Shown: positions 22,252 through 37,800, counted from the first letter of the stretch. The stretch is 64,000 nt of DNA from Squalus acanthias (GCA_030390025.1 CM059449.1:2356001-2420000), one strand, 5' to 3'. The notes: generated from the sequence alone by a model not told the origin. A program made the numbers and translations.

Positions 22252-22808
22252 CTACAAAGATACTTTGTCACCTCTAATGTTTTGGAGAGGACAGATTTTC
22301 AGTGGTTCGGAGTTTTTGCCTCCTTGGTTCAATCCAGGACTGAACAAAGGATACAGATCCCCACTGATACCAGGGACTGTGTGGAGAAGAGACTGACTTT
22401 CAGGATTGTAAAATGAGAGTGTTTTTTCCTCACAGTCCAGGTAAACTCCAATCTTCTTTGGGATCTGTCTCAGACTCAGACTGCGGAGGATTACACTCGA
22501 GCTGACAGCTTTGTACTCCTTCTCGTCTTTCCGCAGCACAGCCCAGTACACAATGTTGGGGGAAGCGTTAGTTGTGTTGTTCTCATCGACGGACTTCTTG
22601 GCAATGCCTATATCCCAGGCAGTCTTCACCCCCACCTCCACCTCCCAGTAATGTTTGCCTGATGCAAATAGGTCAGAACCCAGAACGCGTGGATAATGCT
22701 CAAACTTTTCCTCGGTGTCATGAGGCGTCTCTCGGTGGGTCACGCTCCTCTTGTCCTCGGACACGTTTAACTCAGTAGGCGCTGTGCTCGAATCCATGGT
22801 TACTTTAG
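22252..22808 (-). CDS. Gene B B30.2 (PRY-SPRY) terminal exon
   Basis: tttcatttag|CTAAAGTAACCATGGAT; [31 protein letters not shown] motifs; intact. Confidence 0.92.
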
Positions 22809-25800
22809 CTAAATGAAAGATTACATTTTATTGGCAGATTGATTCCATGAGGTGAATTCTCACTTACCGCCGCGCGGAGAAGAGGCCGTAGCGGATTGAC
22901 CGCTGGTTTTACACATTTCAAAAACTTACAGCCTCTTCAATCTTCTTCCTTTCCAACCCCTCCCCCCAGCGACACTTCCCTTGTGCCGGGGTCGGTCCCC
23001 TGGCTGCTCAGCGGCCGGCTCCTGCTGCCCGAAGTTAATGGCTGGGCAGCCGTTTCTTGCCAACATCCTGTCTCTTTTGGTCGGGAGTTCGACAAGGGGC
23101 CTGCTCAGGGGACACGGCCATTAAAATCGGCCGAGCCTGCGTGCTGCCACACGGGCACACCGCTCACTTTACCAGGAGTGAAATTCCCCCCCAATCTGCA
23201 GCAACATCCGAATCAAATGGAAGATTGCCGATGTGCAACATTTCTTGTGAAATGGTAAACCCATTCTTTTCACACATCACAAACACTGAGCAGAGGAAAT
23301 TCTCATTTGTTTGTGGTGTTGCTAAACAATATGACTGCTGAATATCTTCACTAATAATGGCCGATTGTATTCAGACTGATTAAAATGCTAATATCCAACT
23401 TCACAGATGCCCAATCTTTAAACATCTCCATCTCGCACTGTGCACAGCCCCTTCCCTCCCTATTTCCCACTCACCTCAGCAAGCTCTAAGCAGCCAGTTA
23501 CACTGCAGGTGTAGAGGGTGAGATGGACTGACAGACACAAGTGAAGCTGTTAGATTCCACTTGATGTGAGACCACCTGTTCACAGGGTCTGCGTTTCTTG
23601 TGTCTTGGCATTCCAGTTACAATAGGCAGTTTGCTTCTGTGTAAAACTGAATCTACTTTGTGGAGATACAACCTGCGTAGTATAGCTTTCTGTCGATGGC
23701 TCCTTAACCTGATCTCTGGCAAACAATGAAACCATCTCCAATTATACTGGTTCCTTGGGAGATACTGGGCGAGAGATTCAACCTACTGCCCGGTGTAAAA
23801 CTGGAATTGGGGACCAGCTGCTAATCCTGGAATCTGCCCAACTTCCATTAAAATCACTGGAAATGAAATCATGCAGTTTCTATAATTCTTAACAAGATAG
23901 ATGAGTTGACGGCACAAATAGATACAAATAGGTATGATATGATCGCCATTACAGAGACGTGGTTGCAAGCTGATCAGGGCTGGGAACTGAATATTCCAGG
24001 GTATTTGACGGAAGGATAGACAGCAAGGAAAGGGAGGTGGGGTGGCTTTGTTGGTAAAGGATGGGATCAGTGCAGTGGTGAGAAGTGATATTGGCTCAGA
24101 AGATCCAGATGTAGAATCGGTTTAGGTGGAGATAAAAAATAATAAAGGGAAAAAGTCTCTGGTGGGCGTGGTCTACAGGTCCCCGAACAGTAGCAATACT
24201 GTTGGACAGAGTATAAATCAACAAATAATGGAGGCCTGTAAAAAAGGTACGGTAATAATCATGGGTGATTTTAATCTCCATATTGATTGGACAAATCAAA
24301 TTGGCCATGGTAGCCTTGAGGAGGAGTTCATAGAGTGTATCCGGTATGGTTTCCTGGAACAGTATGTAATGGAACCAACCAGGGAGCAGGCTATCTTGGA
24401 TCTGGTACTGTGGAATGAGACAGAATTAATAAATGATCTCATAGTAAAGGATCCTCTACGAAAGAATGATCATAGCATGGTTGAATTTCAAATTCAGTTG
24501 GAGGGTGAGAAAGTTGTATCTCAAACCAGTGTCCTGATCTTAAACAAAGGCAATTACAGTGGCATGGGGGCAGAACTGGCTAAAATGGACTGGAAAAATA
24601 AATTAAAGGGTAAGACAGTTGAAATGCAGTGGCGGATATTTAAGCTGATATTTTATAACTCTCAACAAAAATATATTCCAGTGAGAAAGAAAGATTTTAA
24701 GAGAAGGGAGCACCATCCGTGGCTAGCTAAGGAAGTAAAGGATGGCATCAAATTGAAAACGAAGGCATACAATGTTGCCAAGATTGGTGGGAGGCCAGAG
24801 GATTGGGAAATTTTTAAATACCAGCAAAGGATGACTAAAAAAATAATAATGAGAGAAATGATGAATTATGAGAGTAAACTGGCAAGAAACATTAAAACAG
24901 ATAGTAAGAGCTTCTACAGGTATATAAAAAGGAAGAGAGTAGCTAAAGTAAACGTTGGTCCCTTAGAGGATGAGTCTGGGGAATTAATAATGGGGAACGG
25001 GGAAATGGCAGAGACTCTAAACAAATATTTTGTATCTGTCTTCACGGTAGAAGACACTAACAACATCCCAATAATGGATAATCAAGGGGCCACAGGGAGG
25101 AGGGAACTAAAGACAATCACTATCAATAAGGAAATAGTACTTGGTAAAATAATGGGACTAAAAGATGACAAGTCCCCTATTTACAATCTACATTAATGAC
25201 TTGGATGAAGGGACCGAGTGTAATGTAGCCAAGTTTGCGGATGATACAAAGATGGGTGGGAAAGCAAGTTGTGCAGAGGACTCAAAGAACCTGCAAAGGG
25301 ATTATAGACAGGCTAAGTGAGTAGGCAAACATTTGGCAGATGGAGTATAATGTGGGAAAGTGCAAGGTTATACACTTTGGCAAGAAAAATAAAAAGGCAA
25401 ATTATTATTTAAATGGAAAGGGATTACAAAATGCTACTGTTCAGTGGGACCTGGGGGTCCTTGTGCATGAAACACAAAAAGTTAGCATGCAGGTACAGCA
25501 AGTAATCAAAAAGGCAAATGGAATGTTGGCCTTTATTTCAAAGGGGTTGGAGTATAAAAGCAGGGAAGTTCTGCTACAACTGTACAGGGTATTGGTGAGA
25601 CCACACCTCGAGTACTGCGTACAGTTTTGGTCTCCTTATTTAAGGAAGGATATACTTGCATTGGAGGCAGTTCAGAGACGATTCACTCGGTTAATTCCAG
25701 AGATGAGGGGTTTGCCTCATGAGGAAAGGTTGAGCAGGCTGGGCCTATACTCATTGGAATTTAGAAGAATGAGAGGTGATCTTATTGAAACATACAAGAT

Positions 25801-28800
25801 ACTGAGGGGGCACGACAAGGTAGATGCAGAGAGGATGTTTCCCCTCGTGGGGAAATCTAGAACGTGGGGGCAGAGTTTTAGAATAAAGGGTCGTCCTTTT
25901 AGAACTGAGATGAGGAGGAATTTCTTCTCTGAGGGTCGTAAATCTGTGGAATACTCTGCCGCAGAGAGCTGTGGAAGCTGGGTCATTAAATACATTTAAG
26001 GTGGAGATAGACAAATTTTTGCAAGGTAAGGGAGTGAAGGGTTATGGGGAGCGGGCGGGGAAGTGGCTTTGAGCCCAAGATCAACCATGATCTTATTGAA
26101 TGGCGGAGCAGGCTCGAGGGGCCAAGTGGCCTATTCCTACTCCTATTTCTTATGGGAGGAAAATCTACAATACCAGTTTATGCACAGGTGGCAAACTGAA
26201 CAACTGCCCTGTTCCTGGGGCTGTTGGATCGCTCGGGTACAGTAAGTTCATGAAAATTGGCTTTTTTCCCTTTGTGAAGCACCTTGGGACATTTTTCTAT
26301 GTTCAGAGAGTTAATAAATGGAAGAACTGCAGCAACTCGCCAAGGCTGCTTTATCAGCACCTCCCAAACCCACGAGCTCTTCCACCTAGAAGGACAAGGG
26401 CAGCAGGCGCATAGGAACACCACCACCTCCAAGTTCCCCTCCAAGTCACACACCATCCTGACTTGGAAATATATCGCCGATCCTTCTTCATCGTTGGGTC
26501 AAAATCCTGGAACTCCCTACCTAACAGCACTGTGGGAGTACCTTCACCACACGGACAGCAACGGTTCAAGGCGGTGGCTCACCACCGCCTTCTCAAGGAC
26601 AATTAGTGATGGGCAATAAATGCTGGCCTTGCCAGCGATGCCCACATCCAATAAACAGATTTTTAAAAATAAAGTAGACCAGCTCCTGACGAGAATTTCC
26701 CTGCTTCCACAATGAAGGAGTGGAATGAACAAATACACAGGGAAGATAATAATGAAAAACAGAGTACATTTTGAAGCTAGATCAGCAAGAAAATTCCAAA
26801 TAGAGAAACACAGAAACCCCAGTAGAAAAAGGAGAACAGAAAAAAGCTGATGGTGATTTTATCACGTGGTGATGTATATTTGGCCCGACACAATAGAAGT
26901 GTGAGTAACTGGATCAGAGTTGTGGCGATAATTTGCTCCCGTCACCCTATGGAGCAAGATCAACATGAGAGGTGGGGTAGATTTACTCTGGGTGATGTTT
27001 CTTGGGAAATGGTGAATGTTCTCAGGACATTTACAATTCGGTTACAAATACTAAGCAGAGGAAATTTTTTCCACAATTCTTCACTGCTTGCTTCACATTG
27101 TGCCTGGGAGATAATGTCCCCAATAGGGACTGTTCATAGAATCAGACTTAATAAATGTACATGTCCAACCTCACCAAGGGCCCAATCATGAAACTTTCCC
27201 ATCTCTCACGGTACACGGCACCTTCCCTGCCTGTTTACCTCCTCACCTCAGCAAAGTCTAATGGGCAAGTTATACTGCAGGGTGAGAGGGCCTGTCAGAC
27301 ACACGCTACACTGCTGGGATCTGCATCACACTTGCTCAACAAATGCAGTTACATTTTCACACCAGAAGCGAGTGGAAACGACAGTTTAAACTTAATTTTT
27401 TAATCTTTTAAAATTCTCAGTAGTCTTAACAAATCCTGTGATAACTTTTCAAACTTCACTTCACACTGGACTATCTTTGCCCACTGAGGGGGAGGCCAGC
27501 TCCTCATCGCACTTGTGCTTCACGTGACTTTGAACACGATTAATAGTTCGCTGTTTACTTCTATACCACTGTTGGTCAATACATTAACCACTGGCCACAT
27601 GCGGCTAATTGGGAATCCAAATGTGGCTAATTGCATATATGATCAGTAAATAAAAATAGGTAAGAAACACCGTCGTTGGGCATGTGATCTTAATACTCAT
27701 TTGCATGGCGTATGCATGTGTACTTCATCCTTTGTGCAGTTGTTGCTAAAATGGTAAGGGAGTGTGTGAGTGTTTTCTTTCATTGACTGTTTTACCTCCT
27801 TTTGTTATTGAATGGTGATAGGTGTTTGTTACTAAATATCCTTGTGATGCACATTTACCTGTATTGTGAGCGTATGTAGGGCATTTTCTACTAGAATTAG
27901 TCCATGTGGCTAAAGCGATGTCACCATTGCCACACCTAGCAGCCAGTCAGCGATTTCTATCAGACAACACTATTCTATACAAAGCAGTACTAACGAACCA
28001 TACAGTATAACTTTCCGTCTGTGGCTACTTCACCTGATCTCTGGAAAACTACAGCCTTCAAGCATAATGGTTCCTGAGGAAACAGCTCACACACACCACC
28101 CCTGAATTTCCTGGAGCCCCCTTCTACCACCAAGTGTAGTGGGTGGGACTTCCGGCTGCTCGTCTAGCTCGGGCTTAACCCCATTCCAAATCCTCAGGAC
28201 AGGCTCATTTACACAAAGGGGGATGGGAGCCTGCACCATTTACAGCTCTACCCCAGGTGCCTGCCCATGGAAGGCGAGTAATTGCACTTGATCACTCAGT
28301 CTGTCCGCCTGCAGTAAAGGGGGAACTGGCAGGATTCCTGTGGAGGCAAGTCATCCTGCCAACCTCACCTCTTCCAATGACATCACCGCAAAGGAGGAAC
28401 TTCTTTCATCAGCCCTTTCTTGTAGGAATTTAACAAGGTGGGAAAAGGGGTGGAGTCCCCAAGGAACCAGGATCTGCCACAGTTCTGCACCTCTTCCACC
28501 CGATTTGTACTTTTATTCCACCCTCAAAGTCAAAGAATTTCCGAGCCATCTTCTTCTTCAAGTGACTCTTCCACATGAATAGGGAGACATTTTCCCGTTG
28601 CTGTGCCTGCGACTATCGGATTACATGGGTGCAGAAGAGATTTACTAGAATGGTTTCAGGGATGATGAATTACAGTTACGTGGAGAGAATGGAGAACTGG
28701 TGGTGTTCTCTTTAGAGCAGAGAAGGCTAAGAGGAGATTTGATAGAGGTGTTTAAAATCATGAAGTGTTTAGAGTAAATAAAGAGAAACTTTCCAATGGC

Positions 28801-31800
28801 TGAAGGGTCGCTAACCAGAAGGCACAGATTTAAGGTGATTGGCAAAGGAACCAGAGGCAACATGAGGAAAAACTTTTTCATGCAACGAGTGGTTCGTATT
28901 TGGAGTGCACTGCCTGATAGGGTGGTGGATACAGATTCAATAGTAGCCTTCAAAAGGGAATTGGATAAAAATTTGAAGGGGAAGAAACTGCAGGGATATG
29001 GGAAAAGAGCGGGGATTGGGATTAACTGGATTGCTCTTCGAAAGAGCTGGCGCAGACTCGATGGGCCGAGTGGCCTCCTTCTGTGTTGTACTATTCTATG
29101 ATTCCACGATAGTTTCCTGGGTTACCCCTTTCCCCTTTCTTGTACTTACAAACAAATCCTTTATAATCCATACTTTATCTTCACTGGTGGAATAATGTTT
29201 AACCCACTTTCAGAGCTGCCTTTCCTCTCCACACATCACTGTTTTGTAACACAAGTCCGTTTCTTTCAGAGGTGCTGTTCACGCATTAGTCAATAAAGAT
29301 AACTGGCAGTTTCTGAACATTAACATCACACTGGTTAGTGATCAAAAGATTAATGAGTGGATTTCTTACCTGCAGAGTTTGTAATCCTTTTCCATTCTAG
29401 AAATGTAAAATCAAATGGTTATTTTTGGATCTGTTATAAACACCACGGTCATTCGTATTAATTGCACAGTTTTGAGTCATCAGTTCATTAGAATGAGAAA
29501 TCTGTAAACCACTACTTACTGATGCTCTGACTGTTAACTTAATATCCTTTTTAAATTTACATCTTGTATTTAGAGATCAAGGGCAGAATGTGTCACTTTT
29601 GACAAGAACTCAATCTTATTACAATTTTTAACTAAACTGTCGTCAATGTGAACAGCATAAACTGTGCAGAGAAATAATCTTGCAACAGTAGTGAAACTGG
29701 GGGGTGGGGTGTCTGAAGCACAAGCACTATTGGCAAAAGAGACGGTGAGGGAGCAGGAACAGGAAGTTACTGTTGCAGTAGCTAATTATATATAGAGAGA
29801 TAATAGGGTGGAGACGATTAAAAATGAACAAAACAACAGAATATGTCTGGTAAATTGAAGTGTGCATAATGGGGTTGCACAGAATGAAGAGAAGTGTAAA
29901 CATTTATCACAATCACTAGAGGGTCAATGATTAATTAAATAACATGCCCAATACCTTATTGAAATGTCCTTTCCCCAGCTGAAATGTAAAAATGTCCTAC
30001 TATATAAAAAATCTTACCTGATATTTCAATTTTTGTCTTCAGCCCTACAAAAAAGACACAATTTAGAATTACATGTCAAGTGAATAATATTTCCTGGCAG
30101 TATTTGTTTACCAATATGGTATATTCTTCTGTGTGGACACTGGAGTCTCTCCATTTCTTGGTCCCTCGATTAATATTATCTGATACAGTCAAAGATTGTG
30201 CAGTTCATGTATATTAGGAGTGGTGTAATGTGTATTTTCAGGCATGGATACTGGCCATATGCTTTATCAAGTGCTGGGTGATGTATTCAAAGAGAAAAGG
30301 ACAATGCATTTTATCAGAGAATTTTCTTGGTTCCATTACTGCATTGTTAAAAAAAAATTGAGAAATCTGTGTGATGGATCAAAGCACAATAGTGTGGGAC
30401 ACCAGGAAGGCAGAAACAGTAGAAGAAAATCAGGAAAAAATGCTTAAGGGACACCATGCTGGGGTTTTCAATGCTGGGAGATTCTGGTAAAAATAAAAGA
30501 GTATTACAGAAGTGAGGAGGTCCTGGGGAAAAATAAGATAATGAGACCGTGCAATGAGTCTTGATTTACAAAGATGCAGGACAAGAAGGAATGGAGGAGA
30601 CATGGGAGTTTCACCAGAGTTCAGTGAGACTAAGATATCAACAGCTGAAGGAGGACCAGGGGTGGAACCATCGAAGGTAATAGGCAGTCGCTTGCACTGT
30701 ACATGAAGAATTGAAAGAAATGAGAATTTATTAATGAAAGCTGGTCGTGAAGCAGTGATCCAGCCATTGCACTGAGAGGAACAGAGGTGTGTGCGCTAAG
30801 GATATATGATGCAAGAGAAGTTGATCAATGTAGAGTGAAATAATCGGTAAGGAATGGATATGGTTGGATGATGTTTGGAGGAGTCATTGACGAGAAGAGA
30901 GTGGGAGAGGGACTGGAGCCTTGAGGCACCCCTGAGTTACTGGAGAGAGTCAAAGGTGAGTCTTCAACCACAGCCTAGGTAGAGGAATTTGAGGGGAAAC
31001 TACACAAGTGTTAACATAAGTGATGGGAGACCACATACTGCTGATTTGTCCAGAAGTGCCTGGTGTTGGAACTGGTGAATGGTTTTGGAGATGTCTATAG
31101 TTTTGGAGATGTCTGCGGCAATAACAAATGAATCGTCAAAGCATTCAGGAACAGGAATGCAGAGGTGTTTAACAAGACTAGGTGATAAATAGAAGAATCA
31201 TTCCAAAAACCACAGTGCAATCACGGATCAGACTTGGACTTACAAGGAGGTCAAGGATTGAAGAGTTAACGGCAGCTTTTGTAACTTTAGAAAGCTCTGA
31301 TGCGAGGACAATATGTTGGTAGTTGGAAAATGGATATGGTAGCCTGGTGGTTATGGTACTGGACGAGCAACCCAGAGATCGGACTTCAAATCCCACATGG
31401 CAGATTGTGAAATTAATCTTCATTAATCTGGGAATTTGTGGGCTGGCACCAGAAAAAGGACCATGAGATCTGCCACACTGTTGTAAAAGTCTAACTGCTT
31501 CACTGATGTCCTTCAGCGAAGGGAAAGCTGCTGTTGTTACCGTACATGGGACTCCAGTCCCACACTATGTGGTTGGCTCTCACTACGTTCAGGGCAACTA
31601 GGGATGGGCTCTCGCATCCCAAGAACAATTAAGGAAGAGCTTATCCTTCCCAAGGATTGTTGGGAGAAGGAAAGGGAGGCCGGGAGTAAGAGACAACTGA
31701 CGATGCTGGTTATTTACCAAATCATCAACATTAGAGGAGAGGAGAGCATAGCAATCCGATCATCACCTTTTCCTTTAGGAGAACCTGATCAAGAGGAAGG

Positions 31801-34800
31801 GGCACGTGTAGATACAAAGATTCAGCAGGTTTGCAGAGACTAGATTGAGTGACTGCTGGAGAGGCAGCAAGTCAGCACTTGATTCTTTTCATTTAAGGTC
31901 TGTGTTAATGTAGCTGATCTCACCTGTGGCAGGGGTAAGAGTGTTACAACTGATCCTGTGCTAGGAAACTGAAAAATCAGCCAGGATTCCCATTCCTGGT
32001 CAATGTTAATTGAATCCTGTTGGAAAATGTGACTCTGCAAAAATCAGGTGAGGAAAATTCAGAATGGCCACTTGTACAAGTACAAGAGAGAGAGGGGGCC
32101 CGTGGAATTCTATGGCAGCAAGATTACACACTTTGAGATGAGGAGAGGAAAAGTATTTGAAAAAAAATTCTGCTGAAAGGAAGAAACAGCCCAGGGCACA
32201 GAAACACTGCTGATTACAACTGAAAATCAGACACAACAAAATATCAGGCACGAAAGGAAAACCGTGCCTTTGCGGCTTTGAAGTTCTTGCAGATGTTTCG
32301 GGTTTAATTGTCTGCGAGGAACACCAGACACAACCATGAAAGAATAGAAATTTACTGTGGAATGAACATTCTCACTGCCTCCTTCCCCTTAAATGTTAAA
32401 TTTGTAGTAATCAAGGAAGGTGAATCGCTGAAATCACATTGAGAATGTCTTTGTAATTCAAAGCTCACAAACTCTGCAAAGATTCTCTAAATAAACTTCA
32501 GCTTCTAACTCAAAGTCCATTGATCTGCAGACCTGTGGAAAATGAACAAAGTTGAGGGATGTGAACACAAACAGCAATTTAAAAATCTCAGAATTTCATG
32601 CAATTAAAACAAAACGTGACTGATTCAAGTCACCAAAAATCTGCCCTAAACCTATAAGCTTTACCTAAAGAGAAACACAGATTGTCACAGCAAGGGGTAG
32701 TATTTATAGTTTGATGCTCCTGGGCATTTTGTTTACAATACACTGCAACTTGCCTCAGCTTTTCATCTTCAAGGTCTACAGTGCTGAACACAGAAGTCTC
32801 AGGAGCTACACAGAAAGATTAAATCCATGTCACCATTAATTCCCATAGATCTCAAGTTGCTGACACCAACAGATGTTGGTGTTCTGATTTAGGGTTTATC
32901 ACCAATGAGAGAACAATGCTCAGAACAGCCCTGTTCAAAGCTCCAGGCCCACAAAGTTCAAACAAGTCAAACCAGAAAATTACACAAGGACAAATGAGAA
33001 TGACTTGTCTGAACATGATGGGCTGAATTAGCAGGGCTCGGGGTGTGGGGCATAGGCTGGAATTTGGTCCCCTAAAGATCTCGAGTCTAATATTAACTGC
33101 TGTTCCCATCGTTACACCCCTTACAGACTGAGATTACATTATTAAAATTGTACTTGCAGTTTGATACATTATATCCTCATCAGTAAATCCTAGCACACTC
33201 TGTATTAAATCTCAACTATTTATACTGCACCATAAAGAACTTGAATGTTGAATGTCGAGCAGTTACATGTTCTTACCTTGGAACAACTTCCTCTTCTTCC
33301 AGAACAAAATGGTAATTGCCATAATGGTGATCAAGGTAATGAGAAGGATGATGATGAATGCAATTTGCCAGCCTGACAAACTTAGTTCCTTGGGGAACAG
33401 TTCACCTGCAAATTAATGCACCGCTGTGTGTAAATATCAAGGCAACACAGAAAATGTAAGCCAGTTGCATTCGGTTTTGTTGCCTACTATTTAACAGGAG
33501 ATAAGGTAACATTTAAGGTTCATTGACTCATTTTTAGATTGTACTTGCAGTTTGATACATTATATCCTCATTAGTAAATCCTAGCACACACTGTATTAAA
33601 TCTCAACTATTTATATTGTACCATAAAGAACTTGGATGTTCAATGCCGAGGTAGCAACGACATAGGTAGGACAAAGAAAGAGGTTCTGCTGAGGGAGTAT
33701 GAGCAGCTAGGGGCTAAATTGAAAAGCAGAACCACAAAGGTAATAATCTCTGGATTACTACCTGAGCCACGTGCAAATTGGTATAGAGTAAATAAGATCA
33801 GAGAGCTGAACGAGTGGCTCAAAGATTGGTGTGGGAGAAATGGGTTTTGATTCTTGGGGCACTGGCACCAGTACTGGAGTAGGAGGGAGTTGTTCCGTCG
33901 GGACAGGCTTCACTTGAACCAGGTTGGGACCAGTGTCCTGGCGAATCGAATAACTAGGGCTGTAGATAAACTAAATATTGGGGGGAGGGATCCGCTGAGC
34001 GGAAATTTAAAAAGTCGAAGAAAAATGAGAAGTCTAAAGTGCAGGATACGGCTATAATCATGGGAAATTTTAATCTTCATATTGATTGGACAAAGCAAAT
34101 TGGCAACGGTAGACTTGAGGAAGAGTTCTTAGAGTGTATGCAGAATGGATTCTTGGAACAATACATTGTGCAACCAACCAGGGAGCAGACTATTTTAGAT
34201 CTGGTAATGTGTAACGAGGCTGGATTAATTAATGATCTCGAAGTGAATGATCCTCTTGGGAAGAGTGATCATAGCATGGTAGAATTTCAAATTCAGTTTG
34301 AGGATGAGAAAGCTAGGTCTCAAACTAGTGTCCTGAACTTAAATAAAGGTAATTACAAAGGTATGAAGGCAGACTTGGTTAAAGTGGTCTAGGAAAATAT
34401 ATTATAGGGTAAGACTGTAGAAAAGCATTGATAAATATTTAAGGAGATATTTCATAACTCTGAGCAAAGATATATTCCAGTGAGAAAGAAAGACTCTAAG
34501 AGAAGGATGAACCATCCGTGGCTAACTGAGGAAGTAAAGGATGGTATCAAATCGAAAACAAAGGCATACAATGTTGCGAAGAATAGTGGAAGGCCAGAGG
34601 ATTGGGAAATTTTTAAAAACCAGCAAAGGACGACTAAAAAAATGATAGAGAGAGAAGATAGCTTATGAGAGTAAGCTAGCAAGAAATATAAAAACAGACA
34701 GAAAGAGCTTCTACAGGTATATAAAAGAGAGTCTGGGGAATTAATAATGGGAAACAGGGAAATGGCAGAGACTTTGAACAAATATTTTGTATCGATCTTC

Positions 34801-37800
34801 ACGGTAGAAGACACTAAAAGCATCCCAATAATGGATAATCAAGGGGCTTGTGGGGTGGTAAACTTAAAACAATCACTATCACGAGAGAAAAAGTACTAGG
34901 CAAACTAATGGGACTAAAGGTGAACAAGTCTCTTGGGCCCAATGGCCTGCATTCTAGGTTCTTAAAAGAGGTGGCTGCAGAGATAGTGGATGCATTGGTT
35001 CTAATCTACCAAAATTCCCTCGATTCTGGAGAGGTCCCAGCGGACTGGAAAACCGCAAATGTAACGCCCCTATTTAAGAAAGGAGGGAGACAGAAAGCAG
35101 GCAATTATAGGTCAGTTAGCCTAACATCTGTCATTGGGAAAATGCTGGAGTCCATCATTAAGGAAGTGGTAGCAGGACATTTAGAAAATCATAATATAGT
35201 CAAGCAGAGTCAGCATGGTTTTATGAAAGGGAAATCATGTTTGACAAATTAGCTGGAGTTCTTTGAGGATGTAATGAGCAGGGTGGATAAAGGGGAACCA
35301 GTAGATGTCGTGTATTTGGATTTCCAGAAGGCATTCGATAAGGTGCCACATAAAAGGTTATTGCACAAGATAAGAGCTCATGGGGTTGGGGTAATATATT
35401 AGCATGGATAGAGGATTGGCTAACTAACAGAAAGTTGGGATAAATGGGTCATTTTCAGGTTGGCAAACTGTAACTAGTGGGGTGCCACAGGGATCAGTGC
35501 TGGGGCCTCAACTATTTTCAATCTATATTAATGACTTGGATAAAGGGACCGAGTGTAATGTAGTCAAATTTGCTGATGATACAAAGATAGGTGGGAAAGC
35601 AAATTGTGTGGAGGACGCAAAGAATCTCCAAAGGCTTATAGATAGGCTAAGTGAGTGAGCAAAAATCTGGCAGATGGAGTATAATGTGGGAAAATGCGAG
35701 GTTATCCACATTGGTAGGAAAAATAAAAAAGCAAATTATTTTTTAAATGCAGAGAGATTACAAAATGCTGAAGTACAGAGGGATGTAGGGGTCCTTGTAC
35801 ATGAATCACAAAAGGTTAGCATGCAGGTACAGCAAGTAATTAGGAAGGCAAATGGAATGTTGGCCTTTATTGCAAAGGGAATGGAGTATAAAAGTAGGGA
35901 AGTCCTGTTACAACTGTACAGGGCGTTGGTGAGACCACACCTGGAGTACTGCGTGCAGTTTTGGTCTCCTTAAATAAGGAAGGATATACTTGCATTGGGG
36001 GCAGTTCAGAGAAGGTTCACAAGGTTGATTCTCGAGATGAAGGGGTGTCTTATGAAGAAAGGTTGAGCCTATACTCATTGGAGTTTAGAAGAATGAGAGG
36101 TGACCTTATTGAAACATAAAAGATTCTGAAGGGACTTGACAGAGTAGATACAGAGAGGATGTTTCCCCTCGTGGGGGAATCTAGAACTAGGGGGCATAAT
36201 TTCAGAATAAGGGGCACCCATTTAAAACGGAAATGAGGAATTTCTTCTCTCAGGGTCGTGAATCTTTGGAATTCTCTTCCCCAGAGAGCTGTGGAGGCTG
36301 GGTCATTGAATATATTGAAGGTGGAGATAGCCAGATTTTTGAATGGTAAGGGAGTCGAGGGTTATGGGGAGCAGGCAGGGAAGTGGAGTTGAGGCCAAGA
36401 TCAGATCAGCCATGATGTTATTGAATGGCGGAGCAGGCTCGATGGGCCAAATGACCTACTCCTGCTCCTACATCTTATGTTCTTATCTACACACAATTAC
36501 ATAAAGATATAGAAATAGAACCTGATGCTGCTGCTGTTCTCTCAAGTATAACAAATTTAATAGTGGCAATTGAGAAGTGTTCTCATGGAAATCACCATAC
36601 AACATCAACCAACGGCAATAAAGCCCCTTTGTAGTGGCTCACATAGTCCAACAGATCAACTACAGTCCTGGGCAGCTGGCCACCTGTCCATCGATTTACC
36701 CCGACTTTGGTTCCATTCACAAGTGAAAACAACACACTGCACTAAAATTATTAATCGATGTGTTTAATCTTGTTTGCTGACCTGATATTTGAATCACGGC
36801 CTCTCCCACAGTTTTCATTCCTGCGCTGTGCACAAGACAGGTGTATTTATTTGTGGAATCCTTCGCTATGTCGATGTGACTGAGGACAGTGAAACCTCCC
36901 TTCGGATTCTCAGTTGCCTTAGAGTTGGATGAAGCCCGTTTGTTTCCATTTCCATCTTTCCACGATATTTGAAGGTTGGAGGACGAGCTATTGGTTTCAC
37001 AGAGGAGTTGGATGTTTCTGCCCAGAAACCCGTCCATGCGAATAACAGGTTGGCTGCCAAGGGCTGAAATGTAAATTTTACAACAAGAAAATTGGATAAA
37101 ACAAAATGCCTCTTATGGTAATGATCTCAGGATGCATTTATCCTGCAACTTCTGCCTAAACTAAAACATTCTTTTGCTGATGTGTACGCTACACATTCTC
37201 ACTTTTATTTTGGGGGGGGGTGGGGGTGGGGGGGGGGTGGGTTAAATAAAAGAGACTTGCATACAATGTCACTCCAATTTTTTTGAGAGCTCGGCCCATT
37301 CCAATTTGCGGTTTTTCCCCATTGTAAAGCTGGCAAGCGGCCTGCACGGGAACTCCAGACAGCTACACAGCTTACGGGAACATTGCTTCCATAAACATAG
37401 CCTGTTTCTCGACCGCGGGACATGCCAAAGTGCTTTACTTGGAAGCCAATGAAATACATTCCTGAAATACAGTCACTTTTAACGTAGGAAACGTGGCAGC
37501 CAATTTGTGCACAGCAAGAGCCCACAAACAACAATGTGATAATGACCAGATAATCTGTTTTTAGCGTTGTTGGTTGAGGAATAAATTTTGGCCCTAGGAC
37601 ACTGGGAGAACGCTCCTGCTCTTCTTCGAAGAGTGCCATGGTATCTTTTATGTCCACCTGAGGGCAGATGGAGCCTCAGTTTAACGTCGCATCCAAAAGA
37701 CAACACCTCCGACAGTGCAGCCCTCCCTCAGTACAGCACTGGAGTGCCAGCCTACATTATGTGCTCAAGTCTCCGGAGTGGGACTTGAACCCATGACCTT

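Noticed and set aside
22252-22808. B30.2 exons as TRIM genes
   Set aside because: No RING/B-box exons seen; upstream exons are TM and Ig, consistent with butyrophilin
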